Assembly: GCA_014360655.1 (NCBI GenBank)
Contig: JACIXC010000001.1
Location: forward strand, 292,715 to 356,714
Length of the DNA: 64,000 nt
Source: Actinomycetota bacterium
GTDB taxonomy: Bacteria > Actinomycetota > Geothermincolia > Geothermincolales > RBG-13-55-18
Reading direction: 5' to 3'
The position numbers were made by a program, and so were the translations under genes. Shown piece after piece: positions 63,036 through 64,000 of the stretch. Position 1 is the stretch's first letter. Every line of letters begins with the position of its first letter. The notes under the pieces are model-generated. The model did no database searches, was not told the DNA's origin, and saw nothing but the letters and a program-made list of their open reading frames with translations.

Positions 63036-64000
63036 CTTCCCACCTCCTTTTACCTTCTGATTATATATGCTGCCGAAGACAGACTCTTGCTATGCCTTTA
63101 TCGCCGGGCGAATCGCGGCATTGCCGGCGTCCCATCGATGTCTCGCCTTGCGGGGCATTGCTATCTTCCCCCATAAAACACAGGCGCGCATGGCTTCGCC
63201 TTCCCCCTCGCCTCGCCGGGCACCGCTCACCTATCCCGGCCCTCCCGGGAGAGGCGGAGGCCGCGCCTCGCGGCGCCCCGCCTTGCGGGGCACGGATGGG
63301 CCTCCCCGCAAGGCGCACCAGCGTGGGGCTTCGCCCCATCGCGCCCGGCCTCGCCCATCCCATGCGGCGAGGCCAGCCCCTTGCCGGGCTTCGCGTCACG
63401 GCTTGCGGCGAAGCCCGGCCGGCCCGGCATGGCGGATGCGATCCGCGCATCGCCGGGAGGCGAGGCGCAAGCCTTGGAGGAACGTGCAAACGGCTTTGAG
63501 CCTGGCTGGCGCGCACGCATAGTACGCAAGCTGTGTGGAAATAAGCCCATCGCATCACGCATGACGGTGCCGTTCATGGGAGGATAGGTGGAGGAGTTTG
63601 AGGGGGTTGCGGAGCCGAGCGCGGCCGTTTTCCGGGGGGTTTCCCCGCCCCGCAGGCATGGCCTCTGGGCTGGGATTATGCCCTTCCCGGCCCTCCCGCT
63701 CCCGGCGCCGTTTTTTTTAGCCGCTCTGCGTGGGGAACATTTGGCCTCGCATACGGTCGCCCCTTTTCCCCACCTAGTTCCCAGCCTTCTTCCCTATAAG
63801 CATCTGCGCACCGCCCCGCCGAAATCTTGTGGCCACATTCTCACATGGCGATTCGGTTGCCTGCCCGCGGATGGCCGCTCGGGGTTCCCTGCGGCCGAGA
63901 GGTGCCGGAACGAGCCTCTGCTAAACGCAAGAAAACAAAAGTAAAACCCAGAAAACCCCAAAAACTACAAAAACCCCAAAAACCAAAAAAGATAAAACAT

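Overview
This is a high-GC (about 65-68 %) bacterial chromosomal segment, probably from an actinobacterium-like or other high-GC Gram-positive-type lineage. Genes show strong GGAGG-type ribosome-binding sites and frequent GTG/TTG starts; DivIVA and holin-X-type genes are present. Most long overlapping ORFs in the six-frame track are antisense artefacts of the high GC content. I accept about 50 CDS, one tRNA-Lys(CTT) with a recognisable sigma70-like promoter, and a bacterial type-A RNase P RNA (rnpB) on the minus strand that the ORF track mis-reads as several ORFs.

The coding content is mainly metabolic and envelope-related:
- Acyl-CoA metabolism: two AMP-forming acyl-CoA ligases, two CoA-binding/ADP-forming-ligase-like proteins, a TetR regulator, two SCP2 proteins and a PaaI thioesterase.
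- A uroporphyrinogen decarboxylase family (MtaA-like) methyltransferase-type protein and two paralogous Fe-S proteins (CxCCPCCC plus two ferredoxin motifs).
- A cytoplasmic multi-GAF histidine kinase and a 1417-aa HEAT-repeat protein with an in-frame 135-bp tandem duplication.
- DivIVA, ketopantoate reductase, an S8 subtilase-like lipoprotein whose catalytic Ser appears replaced by Gly, a GH63-like hydrolase, and a zinc-ribbon/TPR/membrane-protein operon encoding an 838-aa secreted protein of unknown function.

Two low-GC islands stand out:
- 29.6-32.0 kb: a frameshifted IS256-family transposase remnant plus a GNAT-toxin/small-antitoxin pair, inserted next to rnpB.
- 59.9-63.1 kb: a decayed AbrB-type antitoxin/Doc remnant and an intact RHH/RelE-ParE cassette bracketed by 33-bp direct repeats, followed by a co-directional pair encoding a gamma-glutamyl-cyclotransferase-like protein (MLYFAYGSNL...) and a 468-aa protein with a C-terminal HEPN-like Rx4HG motif. 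This pair is my best candidate for an undescribed defence or abortive-infection module.

The window is also rich in repeats:
- A dispersed GTCATCGCGAGGAGCGGAGCGACGAAGCGATCTC element: two identical 34-bp copies 28 kb apart, plus a dense array of related units.
- Several 12-14-bp tandem minisatellites in promoter or 5' UTR regions.
- A conserved 33-bp motif upstream of two operons.
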